Part shown: piece by piece, positions 11,950 through 24,736 of the stretch
How the letters are laid out: each line of letters starts with the position of its first letter
Position numbering within the stretch: the first letter of the stretch is position 1
From: Octopus sinensis
Lineage: Eukaryota
Direction of reading: 5' to 3'
NCBI RefSeq assembly: GCF_006345805.1
Contig: NC_043001.1
Span: forward strand, 109,988,001 to 110,052,000
DNA length: 64,000 nucleotides
Made by a program: the position numbers and the translations under genes
Notes under the pieces: generated by a model
Told to the model about the DNA's origin: nothing
Databases searched by the model: none
Seen by the model: the letters and a program-made list of their open reading frames with translations, nothing else

Positions 11950-12930
11950 GTTAAAATCAAAAAGATAAAGAAAATGAGATGGGAAAGGATAGGGCTCACA
12001 CTTAACGCAATTTGATTAGATCGATTGTTATATGGAATCTCCAGGGAAATAAAAACGTGATCGGTTACGTAGTATCTGGCTTACAAAAATACGTCCTGGT
12101 AGCATGGAATGTGAGTTACACCTGGGATATACTACCTCAGTACAAGAATGATAGAATATTCTCAGTGTTTATAAAGGATGCAAAATCAATTATAAACCAA
12201 CGAACGACACTTATAATGAAGCCGGACCCATTACAATTAGAGTGTCGCACTCAAATGACATCTTTATGTAAAATTTTAAATGCCATCGGAGACAAAGAGC
12301 ATCTTGATTCCTTAGTAGTGGGTTCAGTCGAGGACTGCGCTGAACCCAGAGAAAATCACATTTGCCCATTATTTTTCTTCTTTTACTTGTTTCAGTCATT
12401 AACAATAATTGGAATACGAATTGGAAAAAGTAACTGATTTCTTATGTTGGACTCCCGGGTTGATAAGCCCATTTAGACTTTCATTGTTAAAACATGTTCA
12501 CCTTTGTTAAAAATGAACGTCATTTGGAAATCAAACCTGAACGGAAGATGAAAATTAGATACTTTCGAGCAGCACTAGAAATGGTGCTCTTATTCGGATG
12601 CACTACAAGGTTCATCATTAAAGAAATATTACACAGAATATACATAAGTTGTCAGGGACAAAATATTAACATCAAATTGCGATCTCATAGAACAAACAAA
12701 GTTCTTTAAGGAAAATTTCAAAGAATTGTTTCGACCGTAAAAGGAAGACCAAGATTATATCGACAATGATTTCGTAATAAAGATGGGGTAGTGAGTCAAA
12801 GGCAGATGTAGGAACCAGCAAATGGAAAGCGATATAAGTGTATTTATCGACCAACTGGCTTCAGACTCTACTTTACTAAAGAGCAAATTACCAAAAGAAG
12901 GAACACAGCTGATGAGAGTTTCATTGTGTT
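11950..12930 (+). pseudogene. Highly decayed RTE-like LINE fragment
   Basis: KMKIRYFRAALEMVLLFG..NIKLRSHRTNKVL (12494-12709) and FIDQLASD (about 12843) fit the RT C-terminal pattern KIR.FRA.VE.VLLYG..H.TN..LY / YIDQL..D. Confidence 0.6.
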
Positions 12931-14833
12931 CATCTGTGGATGAACCGATTTGTATGTAGGTAAAGAGGAGAGATAGGAGAGTATTGTAGTTCGCTCGAAG
13001 CATTGTGTATTGTTTGTAAAGAATAAAATACTTTGAATGACACAACAATGCACTATAATACAAACAATGGACTATAAAAACTGTTGTAATTTAACCATCC
13101 ATAGTCTGATATAATATTTCGGAATAAAATTCATTCTTCAGATATACCTAGCGAAATTGATGCTTATAAAATTGATGTCTAGCGCATCGAATATGGTATA
13201 AAATTTATATAGTGTTAGATCTCGATTTGAGGTCCGAACCTATTTACCTTTACTCTTCATCTTTCCACCAGCATATAAAATAAGTGAAGTGGTTGACGTA
13301 TTCATCAATACACAATATTACTGTTCTCCGGTGTAGCCATAGTTTCCCGACTAAAAACGTGAAATGAGGCAGAGATAAATTTTGCAATTAGCTTTTCAAA
13401 AACGCGTAGCTAGTTGTCATTTAATTGGAAAAATATAAATATAAATAATATAAATATTTCTTATTTGTTCAGGCAATTATTTATTTCATTTCACGTCATA
13501 TAACATCTCAACCTTGCAAGAAAGTCTTTGTTTTAACTTCGAATGTATCATTATGTTTTTTGATTTATACTCGAAAATGATATTGTTCTACGAATATTTC
13601 TTTTTCCCTCCAATTCTCTCTTTTTTATTGTCTTTTCTTACGCCAAGAGATGTTCGTAATTGAATATCAATGATGGCATTACAATACACAAGAGACAAAC
13701 GAAGATGTGATACAAACAGTGTTGGATGATCGATTATCGTTTTTCTTTCTTTGTCGATAGTGCTCAGCAAAGCATTATAGGAATTACAATTCATCCTGTG
13801 TCGTACATCGGAAAATATTTCGTATTCATATTCTGGATGTAAGACCTTCATCATTAATCAAGTTATACCATCATATCTAGAATCATTATTCTGATTTAAT
13901 TACATATAGGCAACCAGAATCAATATTATTTCTAAACACTAATTTGGTACCTTTAAGCGTACATAAATGTGGTACCTTTAAGCGTACAACTTCAGAAAAT
14001 GAGGATCGGTAAGAAAAAAGATTTTACAGCATTTCATCATGTAATTTACATGCTGTGTTCCTTTCAGTCAAGGAATCCCCGGGTTCCTTAATATCAAACA
14101 AACGAGCACACCGAGCGATGTATAAGGAAAAAGAAGCACGCCCTAAAGAACGGAGCAGTAATATATTTACATGCAGTTAGATTATATGTTCGGCCATAGA
14201 GTGACCAATGGTTTCGCTTACAAAAAGCGTTTAGATTTATAGACGACTCGTCTAATTGTCGGCGATGGCGCAGCCGACCGAAACACCGCAGCCACTGTCA
14301 ATAGCAGGCTTGCTTAAGAATAAGCACATATATACACACGCACACACACACACACACGCGCATATATATATTTTCTTTTATTCTTTTATTCATCTCAGAG
14401 CATATAACCGGTCAAAAACCGTTACGGTCAGTTAATTTGTAAATAAAGAATAATATTCACTGTTTGAGCTTTAAACAAGACGAGTTATCTCCTCTGGAGT
14501 GCTTCAAGCTTTTTAATATTCCTGGTTCGTGAGGGAGACAAAAGCGCACAAAAGTATTCAAGGTGAGAGCAGGTGAAGGTAGAAAAAAGAAGGATAATAA
14601 TTGGAGCATCTCTGGAAAGTCCTGAGGATGCAGGTGCAGAATTGGTGCAGTGTTTGGAACTAGTTGCTGCCTTGAGACTCGTGGCATATTCAGTTGAACG
14701 CTTGTGATCCTACACACACACACGCATATATATATTTCGTACAGGTGCCCTGAAAATATTCTGCCCTTGCTTCGGTATGTACGTATAGGTTCCTTTAATT
14801 TTGTTTTGTACGCGATATCGAGTTCATCGACCT

Positions 14834-14979
14834 GACTTTGTGCTTTACTATTGAAGGACGTGATTCACTGGAATCCTAAAATTTTATATATATAATTTTA
14901 TATATATATATATAAAATTATATATATAAAATTTTAGGATTCCAGTGAATCACGTCCTTCAATAATAAAGCACAAAGTC
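14834..14979. repeat. 146-bp palindrome centred on (TA)n
   Basis: 73-bp arms, no loop, one mismatch (14848 vs 14965), checked by hand. Confidence 0.95.
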
Positions 14980-15006
14980 CTGCGCCTATATATATATATA
15001 TATATA

Positions 15007-15400
15007 GGCGCAGGAGTGGCTGTGTGATAAGTAGCTTGCTTACTAACCACAGGGTTCCGAGTTCATTCCAACTGCGTGGCACCTTGGGCAAGAGTCTTCT
15101 GTTATAGCCCCGGGTCGACCAAAGCCTTGTGAGTGGATTTGGTAGACGATAACTGAAAGAAACCTGTCGTATATATGTATATATGTGTGTGTGTGTGTGT
15201 GTGTGTGCGTATTTATGTGTTTGTGTTTGTCCCCCCAACATCACTTTGCAACCGATGGTGGTGTGTTTACGTCCCGGTAACTTAGCGGTTAGAATAAGTA
15301 CTAGGGTTACAAATAATAAGTCCTGGGCTCGATTTGCTCGACTAAAGGCGGTGCTCCAGCATGGCCACAGTCAAATGACTGAAACAAGTAAAAGGGTCAA
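15007..15400 (+). mobile_element. SINE family B
   Basis: Head GGCGCAGGAGTGGCTGTGTG, GGCACCTTGGGCAAG, internal (TG)n, tail GACTGAAACAAGTAAAAG. Confidence 0.9.
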
Positions 15401-16179
15401 AGAGAGTATAAACACAGTGGTGCTCCAGCATGAGCATAGCCGCATAAAAGAATGTATATATGCGCGCGTGTGTCTGTGTGTGCGCGTGCATGTATGTGTG
15501 AGTTTATTTTTAAGCAAGCATGCTATTGACAATGGCTTCGATGTTTCAGCCAGCTAAGCTATCGTTCAAAATAGATTAACTGGCTGATACTTCGAAGTCA
15601 CTGTCAAAAGCTTTCTTGCTTGAGAATAAACTTGTATTCTACAAAAAAATATATAGTAATACCTCAGATTGATATGAATTCATCATAATTAAACATAAAA
15701 GCAAACATACATTTATACATACATGTATATATACATATGAATGTGTATAGATAAACATAATCACATACAATAACACACACATACACATCACACACATACA
15801 CATCACACACATACACATCACACACATACTAGCATACACCTTTCTTTTACGAACTAGAAGTTGAATAAGTACCCCATATATAAAGCAAAGCAAAAATGAC
15901 TGTTACTAAAAGATATTTATTATACCCGTGAATTATTAACGTAGAAATTGGTGCGACTTCATTTATCAAGATATTGGTGAAATCACCTACGGCTGCTTTT
16001 ATAGCATACGGATTAAAATGTTCTACTATATTATACTAAACAGAGTGAAAGCATACTTATTAGTGCATCTATTTCAACCAACTACATAATGTATCAAAAT
16101 TAGATGCGAAGGAAGCAGGTAATTAAAGCGTAGGCTTGTATGCATATATACCTGGGTATAACATTTAAATTCACGCATA

Positions 16180-16488
16180 CATACACGCATGCATGCTATA
16201 TATATATATATATATAAATATATATATATGTATGTATGTATGTATGTATATATATATATATACACATATATATACATATACATATATATAAAAATATAGA
16301 TATATGTATATATAAACATATATATATACATACATATATGCATATATATATATTATATATATATATATATATATGCATAAACATGCATACATATGTAGGT
16401 ATATATATGTATGTATGTATATATATATATATATGTACATGCATATACATACATGAATATATATATATATATGCATAAATATGCATAC

Positions 16489-16521
<33 letters not shown>

Positions 16522-16570
16522 TATATATGTATATATATATGTGTGTATAAATATATATATATATATTATG
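16180..16570. repeat. Degenerate (TA)n/(TATG)n tract
   Basis: Read directly. Similar tracts occur at 35970-36305, 37520-37690, 38330-38550, 47830-48340, 55580-56670, 61050-61790 and 63180-63880. Confidence 0.95.
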
Positions 16571-17079
16571 GCAAATTGTCTTCTAATAATGGAAATGATA
16601 TTAGTAACTGCAATAAATATGTATGCGAACGAAATAGTGATGAAAGCTCAAATAAGGGGAAAATGTAGGCAAATAAGTCTTTAATGATCTTTTTGTCGGT
16701 TCTTCATTTAAATGGAAAGAAGCCAAAATTTTCACACATTACTTATTGAAGTTATTGGGTGTAATCCACAGAGAAGCCTTAATCCAGGTGTCACTTTGTG
16801 TAATATGTTGTATCTTAGGCTGGGATTCCACCAGCTGTATCTGGATTAATTTATTTGTGCCATTATTTCAATAATCCCTTTTACAATTGACGTCGGTTTC
16901 CGAAGCCTATTCAACGGCCGTTTACTGTGTACTTAAAGGATTTCCTCTTCTGCAATGCTTTATTCTTCCCTACTGTACAAAAGTAACATTCATTTCTCTT
17001 CAATTTAATCTTAATGTTGGACTTTATTAGGAAATTTCATCTTAGAAGATTGGAGGTGAGGAGCAATTTTCCCTCGCAA

Positions 17080-17125
<46 letters not shown>

Positions 17126-17139
17126 CACAGCAGCAGCAG

Positions 17140-17354
17140 CCGCTCAAGAGTTTGGACCTGGGGATCTCCATTTCCAGCGACTTCGATGGCCACCTCCCAG
17201 TGGTTTCGGGCGTCAACGAAGTGCCCTCGACTACAACAAGACGACCAAAGTTCTTTTTCCAAGGTCTGGGGTCTCCCACCCCTAAGTCCTGACCATCACC
17301 TAATCACCCTTACCTGTCTTGTTGCTTAACAACAACAACAACAACAACAATAAG
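17140..17354 (+). mobile_element. Short (CAA)n-tailed retroposon, copy 1
   Basis: Matches 59867-60074 in reverse; (AAC)n tail; flanking AGCAGCAGCAG at 17129-17139 and 17355-17365 (candidate TSD). Confidence 0.75.
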
Positions 17355-17368
17355 AGCAGCAGCAGCAA

Positions 17369-17423
<55 letters not shown>

Positions 17424-17804
17424 TGTAGTAGTAGTAGTAGTAGTAGTAGAAGTTGTAGTAGTAGTAGTAGTTGTAGTAGTAGTAGTAGTAGCGGCGGAAG
17501 CCACAGCAGCAGCAGCAGTAGTAGTTGCAGCAGCATCAGCAGCAGTGATTACTTCTAAATATTGGCTAATTAACAACACTTCTATCTTTTACTTGATTCA
17601 GGCATGCTGGGGCACTGCTGGGGTACGGCAATGCTTTGAAATTGTTTTGTCTAATGAATCGACTCCAGCGCTTATTTTAACATTGCTAATGTTGGTCTCT
17701 AGAGTCGACAAACTAAGTTACGGGAATGTAAACACAGCCTGATGGGTCAAGCAGATGGGGGACAACCACAAGTACACCTACACATACATACATGTATACA
17801 AGCT

Positions 17805-18140
17805 GAGACCCCCTTCGGTCATGACTGACCATGGGATTCCACCTAGAAAGTTACTCTCCCAGGCACAAGTGCGGGCAAGGTTGTTTTTATGGAAGACCAG
17901 CAGTCACCCATGCGTACCGGCCTCCCTTCTCCGCGCCACCAGTGTTATCCAAGGGAAAGACAAAGGGGCCGATACAGCTTGGCACTTGTGACGTTGCAAC
18001 TCATTTGTACAGCTGAGATTAACTGGAGCAACGTGAGATAAAGTGTCTTCCTCAAGAACACAACACGCAGCCCGGTCCAGGGATCGAACTCACAACCTCA
18101 CAATCGTAAGCTCGATGTTCTAACAACTGCGCCATGCACC
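17805..18140 (-). mobile_element. tRNA-derived SINE, family E
   Basis: B box GAGTTCGATCC, CORE-like GTGTTCTTGAGGAAGACACTTTATCTCACGTTGCTCCAG, distinct tail; flanking TACAAGC repeats (candidate TSD). Confidence 0.75.
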
Positions 18141-18196
18141 TTTACAAGCATACATACATATATATACGCGTGCGCACACACACACACACGCACACA

Positions 18197-18235
<39 letters not shown>

Positions 18236-18239
<4 letters not shown>

Positions 18240-18392
18240 GACGATCCTCATTCAGCTTCCTTCTATCAGATCCACACACGGCTTTTATCCGAGGCTATAG
18301 TAGATTATTTTGTGCAAGGTGCCGTTCAGTGGGACTGAACCAGGAACCATGTGGTTGCGAAGCTGACTTCTTAGCACATCCACGCCTGCGCC
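18236..18392 (-). mobile_element. 5' half of SINE family B
   Basis: Reverse complement of GGCGCAGGCGTGG..GGTTCAGTCCCACTG..GGCACCTTGC. Confidence 0.75.
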
Positions 18393-19384
18393 TATAATTT
18401 GTGGGATATTTGTAAAACGGAAGTCGAATTCATTATCCGTTTTATGTCAAATTAATATGTACGTTCATATGTATAATTCATGCGTAGAGCGGCACCACCT
18501 GACGCTATTCTTTGTGATTATTTCAAATGAGAGGATGTAATTTTAATAACCCACTGCTGCTATTTCCTGTAGGTCAAACAGATCATGAAGATGCACATTC
18601 GTCGATTAATGGAACAAGGGTTTGCATAAGAATCAGTATTCTGAAAACGGAAACAAAAACAACGTTTCTTGGATTTGTACACAACGGAGAAAATTTTCAA
18701 ATATTTTTGTGGTATTTTGGAAATAAAACTTCAGAACCATGTTTATATGCAAGTAAAGGAATACATATAAACGTAATATATATCTCCCATATCACAATAA
18801 GTTTTCATAATCTTGCATTTGGCATTTTAGCATTAACCTGAAGAAAATGTCAAGAGTTAAATCTCCAGGAATACAAACAGCGAGCGATATATATATGGAG
18901 ATGACAGACGCAAAAATACACACAGTCAAGCATACACATACAACCTCAAACAGAGATGCACACTATACATACATGCATACACAAACACACACACAAGCAT
19001 ATATGTATGTATATATATATATAGTGATACAAATACATATTAATGCGTTTATATGTGTAATTTCATGTATGTATACATAGTGTTGTCGTCAAATGAAAGC
19101 TGTTGACCTTAGTAATTGCTTAGGTCGACAATTTATTTCAATACATATACACACAGAGATACACAGATTCACAGACATGTGTATATTAAGTGTATGAAGT
19201 GAAAATAACAAACAGTAAGACACTATACAGGCTGCGTAGGCAAATGTTAAACATGCACAGGTCGACTGTGGTTTCCAAAATCGAATACTGATTGTTATCA
19301 TATATACATTCACACACACACACACATACATTTACTTACATATGAATACAGAGAGAGGGGGGGAGACAGATACATACACATATA

Positions 19385-19530
19385 CGAGGGATTGCTGAAA
19401 AGTTCCTGGCTTTAAGGGTATCGTGAAAGGTCTGGCTGGAGGTATCACCTTCCGAGTTCTTCCACAGGGCTTAGAGAAACTGAAGGACTGCTCAGTGTAT
19501 AAAACTGATAGGGGAATGTAGAGAACGAAT
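19385..19530 (+). mobile_element. Mariner-derived MITE-like remnant
   Basis: TA followed by CGAGGG..GCTGAAAAGTTCC (mariner-type TIR start), then QGLEKLKD, resembling the mariner transposase C-terminus; no right TIR seen. Confidence 0.55.
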
Positions 19531-19560
19531 TATAAAGACGGAAAATGAATAGAAGAAAAA

Positions 19561-19605
19561 CTTTATTGCTCACTACGATCGTTTCGACATATCCTCCATC
19601 GATCC
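19561..19605 (-). ncRNA. Degenerate minimal hammerhead-like motif followed by AATAAA
   Basis: Minus strand ..CGATGGAGGATATGTC-GAAA-CGATCG-TA-GTGAGC-AATAAA; palindromic stem III (ACGATCGT); 5' core eroded. Confidence 0.4.
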
Positions 19606-19725
19606 CACGCGTATGGGAAAATATACAACTAGTTGTGGCGCATTCTTCGTTGCACAAGCGACTTGCCATGTGATATAACAAGAGGTGTCTCCTTAAATGA
19701 ACTATGTTTCGCTTGAATTTATTAA

Positions 19726-19799
<74 letters not shown>

Positions 19800-19810
19800 A
19801 TATATATATA

Positions 19811-19990
19811 AAGGGAAAGTTTACGAAAATAAACAAAAGACGAAGGCAGGTGGAGTACAAACAAACAAATGTATTAGTATAGCGCTCAGGAATAGAAAAA
19901 GTATTTTACGTTTCGAGCCTACGCTCTTCGACAGAAAGATACACAAAAAAACAAGAAGAGTAAAAATGCGTATAGGAGCTAATGATCTAT
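19811..19990 (-). mobile_element. (TA)n-anchored non-autonomous element with hammerhead-like core
   Basis: Minus strand CTGTCGA-A-GAGC-GTAG-GCTC-GAAACG at 19908-19934; the element is an inverted homolog of 23670-23848. Confidence 0.6.
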
Positions 19991-20009
19991 CGATATATAT
20001 AGGAGCTAA

Positions 20010-20169
<160 letters not shown>

Positions 20170-20185
20170 ACTTAGATAAACTTAG

Positions 20186-20605
20186 ATATGTTTCGACCAG
20201 AGATTGGTCCAGGCCATGTCTAACTTAATAGCACCACCTGATAGGATTATTCGAATCCTGTTTAAGGCAAGTTTTGTTCAAGTAGTGAGTTCTTGTTGGG
20301 TGAGTTGTATCCAATTATGGGAGGCTTATCTGGTATTCTTTGAAGGAATCTATCCAGACTCTGTTTGAAGTTGATGGGATCCTTTCTTCTTTGATCTCCC
20401 TCGGGACAATGTTAAATAGGGTAGGGCCTGTTGAGGAAAAGAAATTATGTTGCAGTGTACATGTATGTTGTGATCTTGAATTTGGCAGGGGACGTATAGC
20501 CCGTGGTCCAAGTCTTAGATGAACCTTGAAGCTAATGTTTAGGTCGTTTGGGCAAAGTTGGCGGTATATTTTCCACATCGTACAAATGATGTACCGCTCA
20601 CGGCG
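20186..20605 (-). pseudogene. CR1-type LINE 3' fragment
   Basis: RRERYIICTMWKI..GPTLFNIVPREIK/FKQSLDRFLQRIPDKPP.IGY; 3' hairpin GACCA-ATCTC-TGGTC; (CTAT)n tail. Confidence 0.85.
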
Positions 20606-20621
20606 ATAGATAGATAGATAT

Positions 20622-20699
<78 letters not shown>

Positions 20700-20848
20700 T
20701 ATGAGAGGTAATGGTGCCAGTAAGAGCCAAAGGTGTCAGGTAATGCTGAGTAAGTGCTATGGATAAACCATAGTTAAGCTCCAGGTTCGGTGATTATGCG
20801 AATAATGGGTCCAACGTAGGTCATAGAACAACGTGTATACATAATTTT

Positions 20849-21028
20849 TTTTTTCAGAATGAGATAAAAAAAGAACAAGGTTGTGAAGATTTTAGAACAT
20901 TTATAAATAGAAGATCTTACAGCTGTTTCTCGGATATCTATTATCTCCCTTCATCGGAGACGGTGTGAGAAAATGGTTAATGTTCTAAAATCTTCGCAGC
21001 CTGGGTTTTTTATCTCATTCTGAAAAAA
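20849..21028. mobile_element. MITE-like fold-back (about 50-bp TIRs) enclosing a hammerhead-like motif
   Basis: Left TTTTTTCAGAATGAGATAAAAAA..GAAGATTTTAGAACATT is mirrored at right; the minus strand at 20914-20961 reads TCT-CCGATGA-A-GGG..CC-GA-GAAA-CAGCTG-TA-AGA. Confidence 0.75.
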
Positions 21029-21062
<34 letters not shown>

Positions 21063-21249
21063 TCAACGAACAAACCATTCAAAAAATGGAAAGAGACAAA
21101 AAGAGAAAAAACAACGTACGTGAGGACATACACAAGAATTATATTATTCTGACACTCGGTAGCCACAAAATGCAAACCCAGAAATATCTAAATATATAAC
21201 TCCAACTCCAGCGCTGATTAAAACAGCAATTCACAATATATAAAGATTT

Positions 21250-21850
21250 AATAACGACAGAGCCTTCGTCTGTCTGGATATCTGAGCCTTTCTTTAACAT
21301 CATGAAATCGTTTCGTTGAAATCGTTTGTGCAAGGAGGTTCCTAATGACCAGCAGTCAATGCCACGTGTTATCAATACTAGAGTGACTCACGGTTCTGTA
21401 TTTGGTCTTTTTCTTTTTCTCCACTACACTTGTGTAACTGGGGAACTGTGAAGATGATTCAATGGTTGAATACATTTCTCTGTGTCTGCTCTGAATAGTA
21501 ATGATCACCTACGGAACAGAATCACAAACTCTGAAGTCTGAGATGAACCACTCTGCGAGATGGATCGTGAAATCTATAAGGTCAGAGTTTAAAAATTGTT
21601 AGTTGCGGACGAGTATTTGTGTTAATAGGAACAGCACGGGTAAAATATGAGACGAAGTTGAGATCTTACCTCTAGGTCTGTATAGTAGGAATAAGCAATC
21701 GTTTTCGAGAATTGGGTCGCTCTACCCAAACCTTCTGCTCAAGTAACAGTATGATCATGACAGTGAAAAGTGTAGAAGCGTTGTTGTACAGACAACAGCA
21801 GTAGCTAATGGAATTCGGAGACTACCGTATTCGAGGGGTTAATCAATTAA
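21250..21850 (+). pseudogene. Very decayed CR1/L2-like reverse transcriptase remnant
   Basis: VCLDI*AF (compare FLDISKAFD) and RVTHGSVFGLFLFLHY (compare GVPQGSVLGPLLFLLY). Confidence 0.45.
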
Positions 21851-21969
21851 ATAAGTGAAGTGTTTCTACGGACCTGAATTTGAATTGCAATGGGGGAAAA
21901 TAGCTACGGAAATCAGTGGAATTCAGGGAATAGCATAAAATTATTTGCATGTCCTAATTGGGCATTGCA

Positions 21970-22023
<54 letters not shown>

Positions 22024-22179
22024 AAGCGATCGAGAGAGAGAGGAAAAAAGAGATCGAGAGAGAGAGAGAGATGAACAGAGAAAGGAACAGAGAGAAAGAG
22101 AGAAAGAGAGAGTCTGTGTTCGATGGCATAATATTTAGTGTCGTGTTCTTTGAAATGTTAAAGTAAACTTATTATCATA

Positions 22180-22345
22180 GGTGCAAGAGTGGCGGTGTGG
22201 TAAGTAGCTTGCTTATCAACCACATGGTTCCGAGTTCAGTCCCACTGCGTGGCACCTTGGGCATGTGTCTTCTACTATAGCCTCTTGCCGACCAATGGCT
22301 TGTGAGTGGATTTGGTAGGCGGAAACTGAGAGAAGCCCGTCGTAT

Positions 22346-22406
<61 letters not shown>

Positions 22407-22612
22407 CTGTGTCTGTGTTTGTCTCCCCAACATCGCTTGACAACCGATGCTGGTGTGTTTACGTCCCGTAACATAGCGGTTCGGCAAAAGATACCGATAG
22501 AAGAAGTACTAGGTATACAAAAAATGAGTCCTCTGGTCGATTTGCTCGACTAAAGGCGGTGCTCCGGCATGGCCATAATCAAATGTCTGAAACAAGTAAA
22601 AGAGTAAAGAGA
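22180..22612 (+). mobile_element. SINE family B, full length
   Basis: Same head, CORE-like segment, internal (TA)(TG) and tail as 15007. Confidence 0.9.
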
Positions 22613-23669
22613 GAGTCATCATTTCATTCGTCTGTCATGGACAAAAACATAGCAGTAATAGGCAAGAGTCAGAGCTGACTCACTAGAGTACAAATGAAAA
22701 ACATGTCTTCCTCAGGTAGTCTGCCTTATTCTGCAAAGTCATTCAAGAACACTGCAATGACAGTGATTCTGATCTGTACCGAGTTTTTCTCTTCTCTTGA
22801 AGAAAGTACGTAGAATGGGAAATGTTGATTACCGAATCATTCCATGGATTTCTGTAGATTTTTGCCCAAGACTATATTTGAATAGGTCATCAGGTGTTGC
22901 CTTACCATATTATACTAACAGGTATAAATAAGCCTTCCAAGTGCATATTCATATTCTCAATAGACATGCGTGTGTGAATGTGTGTGCGCCTTTGTGTGGT
23001 CCCGGCTCTCTGGTTTTACATGGAAAAGATAAAAGAAATTATCTGCAACAAAATGTAAGTATTAATTTACAACATATGCTTTTAACCAATCGATAACATG
23101 AAATAATCAAAAGATACCCACCTACCTAGGAACAGATATTGATACAATCACGTATGACATAGATTCATAAGGATACTGTCCGTTTTGGTTACAAAACCAA
23201 ACAACCATCTCTCTTTTAAAACAATCAATACAAGATGCATAGTGACTAAGGTTAAACAAATTGTACTTTCAACGAACAATGGAATACGATACACTTGACT
23301 GGATGCTATTAGTAACATCACTATAAAAACGATAACGACTGATTAATTTTTAATTTAGAAACCATTATCAAAATACGAATTGCTATTTGTTTATTGTAAA
23401 ACATTTGCGACACATTGATACAGCATAAGCTAATGATAGGAGAACTCTAAATGAGATTCAACAGATAGAAAAGAGAAAAACATCATGGACGTAAATTTTG
23501 GTATCGTGTGATGTATATGTGTGTATATGTTTATTTGATTTACAAACACGTATTCGAAGGACATACATAAATTATAAGTAGGTTTACGCCAAAACACAGC
23601 CGTATATGTTTACGAATATATGTGTGAGTATTTATGTGCTAGTGTATGTATGTATAGGCCGACATATAC

Positions 23670-23848
23670 ACACATTTTGTTCTCTCCTTGTTTCTCTCCT
23701 TGAGTTTTTTCTGTGTCCTTTCTGTAGAAGAGCGTAGGCTCGAAACGTAAAATAATTTTTGAATTCCTAAGCGTTATACTAATACAGCTCTTTGTTTGCT
23801 ACACCACCTGACTTCGTCTTTTGTTTTATTTCGTTAACTCTCCCTATA
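23670..23848 (+). mobile_element. (TA)n-anchored element with hammerhead-like core
   Basis: CTGTAGA-A-GAGC-GTAG-GCTC-GAAACG at 23722-23747; homolog of 19811-19990. Confidence 0.6.
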
Positions 23849-23876
23849 TACATAGATACATACATACATACATACA

Positions 23877-24003
<127 letters not shown>

Positions 24004-24275
24004 TACAGGAAATGTTTTCAATATACAAATAAAGTTTCTATTTCCACATTGCCGGCCATAGTCTAATGATGCTGACTGGGGAACCAGTGTTTGGGGTTGC
24101 ATCGAGCTATGCCGATATAATGTGGAATAAATAGAGTAATAATTATACTAATATTTGGATGGAATTTATAAATATTTTATGCATCACTACGCATGTTTCT
24201 ACAAATCACATGTCTTTTAAGATCACAGTCCCTATTCCAAGGATATTTACAGTGTAGTCTGTTGTATCCTTGGGC

Positions 24276-24316
24276 ATCGGATATATCATATTCATGGATT
24301 CATTTCTTCAGCCGAT
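24276..24316 (-). ncRNA. Minimal type I hammerhead-like motif downstream of the Penelope ORF
   Basis: ATCGG-CTGAAGA-A-ATG-AATC-CAT-GAA-TATGATATA-T-CCGAT: 5-bp stem I, intact CUGANGA, stem II; the 15.1-16.1 pair is U-A rather than A-U. Confidence 0.5.
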
Positions 24317-24736
24317 ATAACATTAATGGATGTTTATCCATTATAAGCAGTCTGCAGGTTGGTTATGTGTGTATTTCTGTGCGTATTTTATGTGGAAGGT
24401 GATGGAAAGGGAGAAAGAAATTGTAGTTATGTGGGGAAGGCTTGTGCGTATGATGATGTTGGAATTATTGTGCTATTCAGGCTGCAGATGTTAGGGATGA
24501 GTCGTACATTCACTCGTTCGATCTCATATAAGGCATGAATATCTTCAATGAATTCTTAAGTAAACAAGACAGCCGATACAACTACTACAAACATTAGCTG
24601 TAGGAGTTCATTGTCTGAATTGATAAATCATACTTTCATAGGGTGACTTTTAATTGTTTCTCGTAGTACACCTGAATAGTGTATACCATCCTAAATACCT
24701 GTTGGTTTGTTTATTTGCTTGTGTCCCTTCCTTGTT

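Noticed and set aside
13761-13838. Plus-strand 78-nt pseudo-exon with good splice signals
   Set aside because: No partner exons or recognisable peptide; such signals are frequent by chance.
13945-13988. 19-bp duplication with period 25 (similar short duplications at 36770 and 45780)
   Set aside because: Two units only; ordinary slippage duplication, not a CRISPR-like array.
14560-14670. EHLWKVL resembling Tc1 NPIEHLW
   Set aside because: In-frame stops immediately upstream and no other transposase motif.
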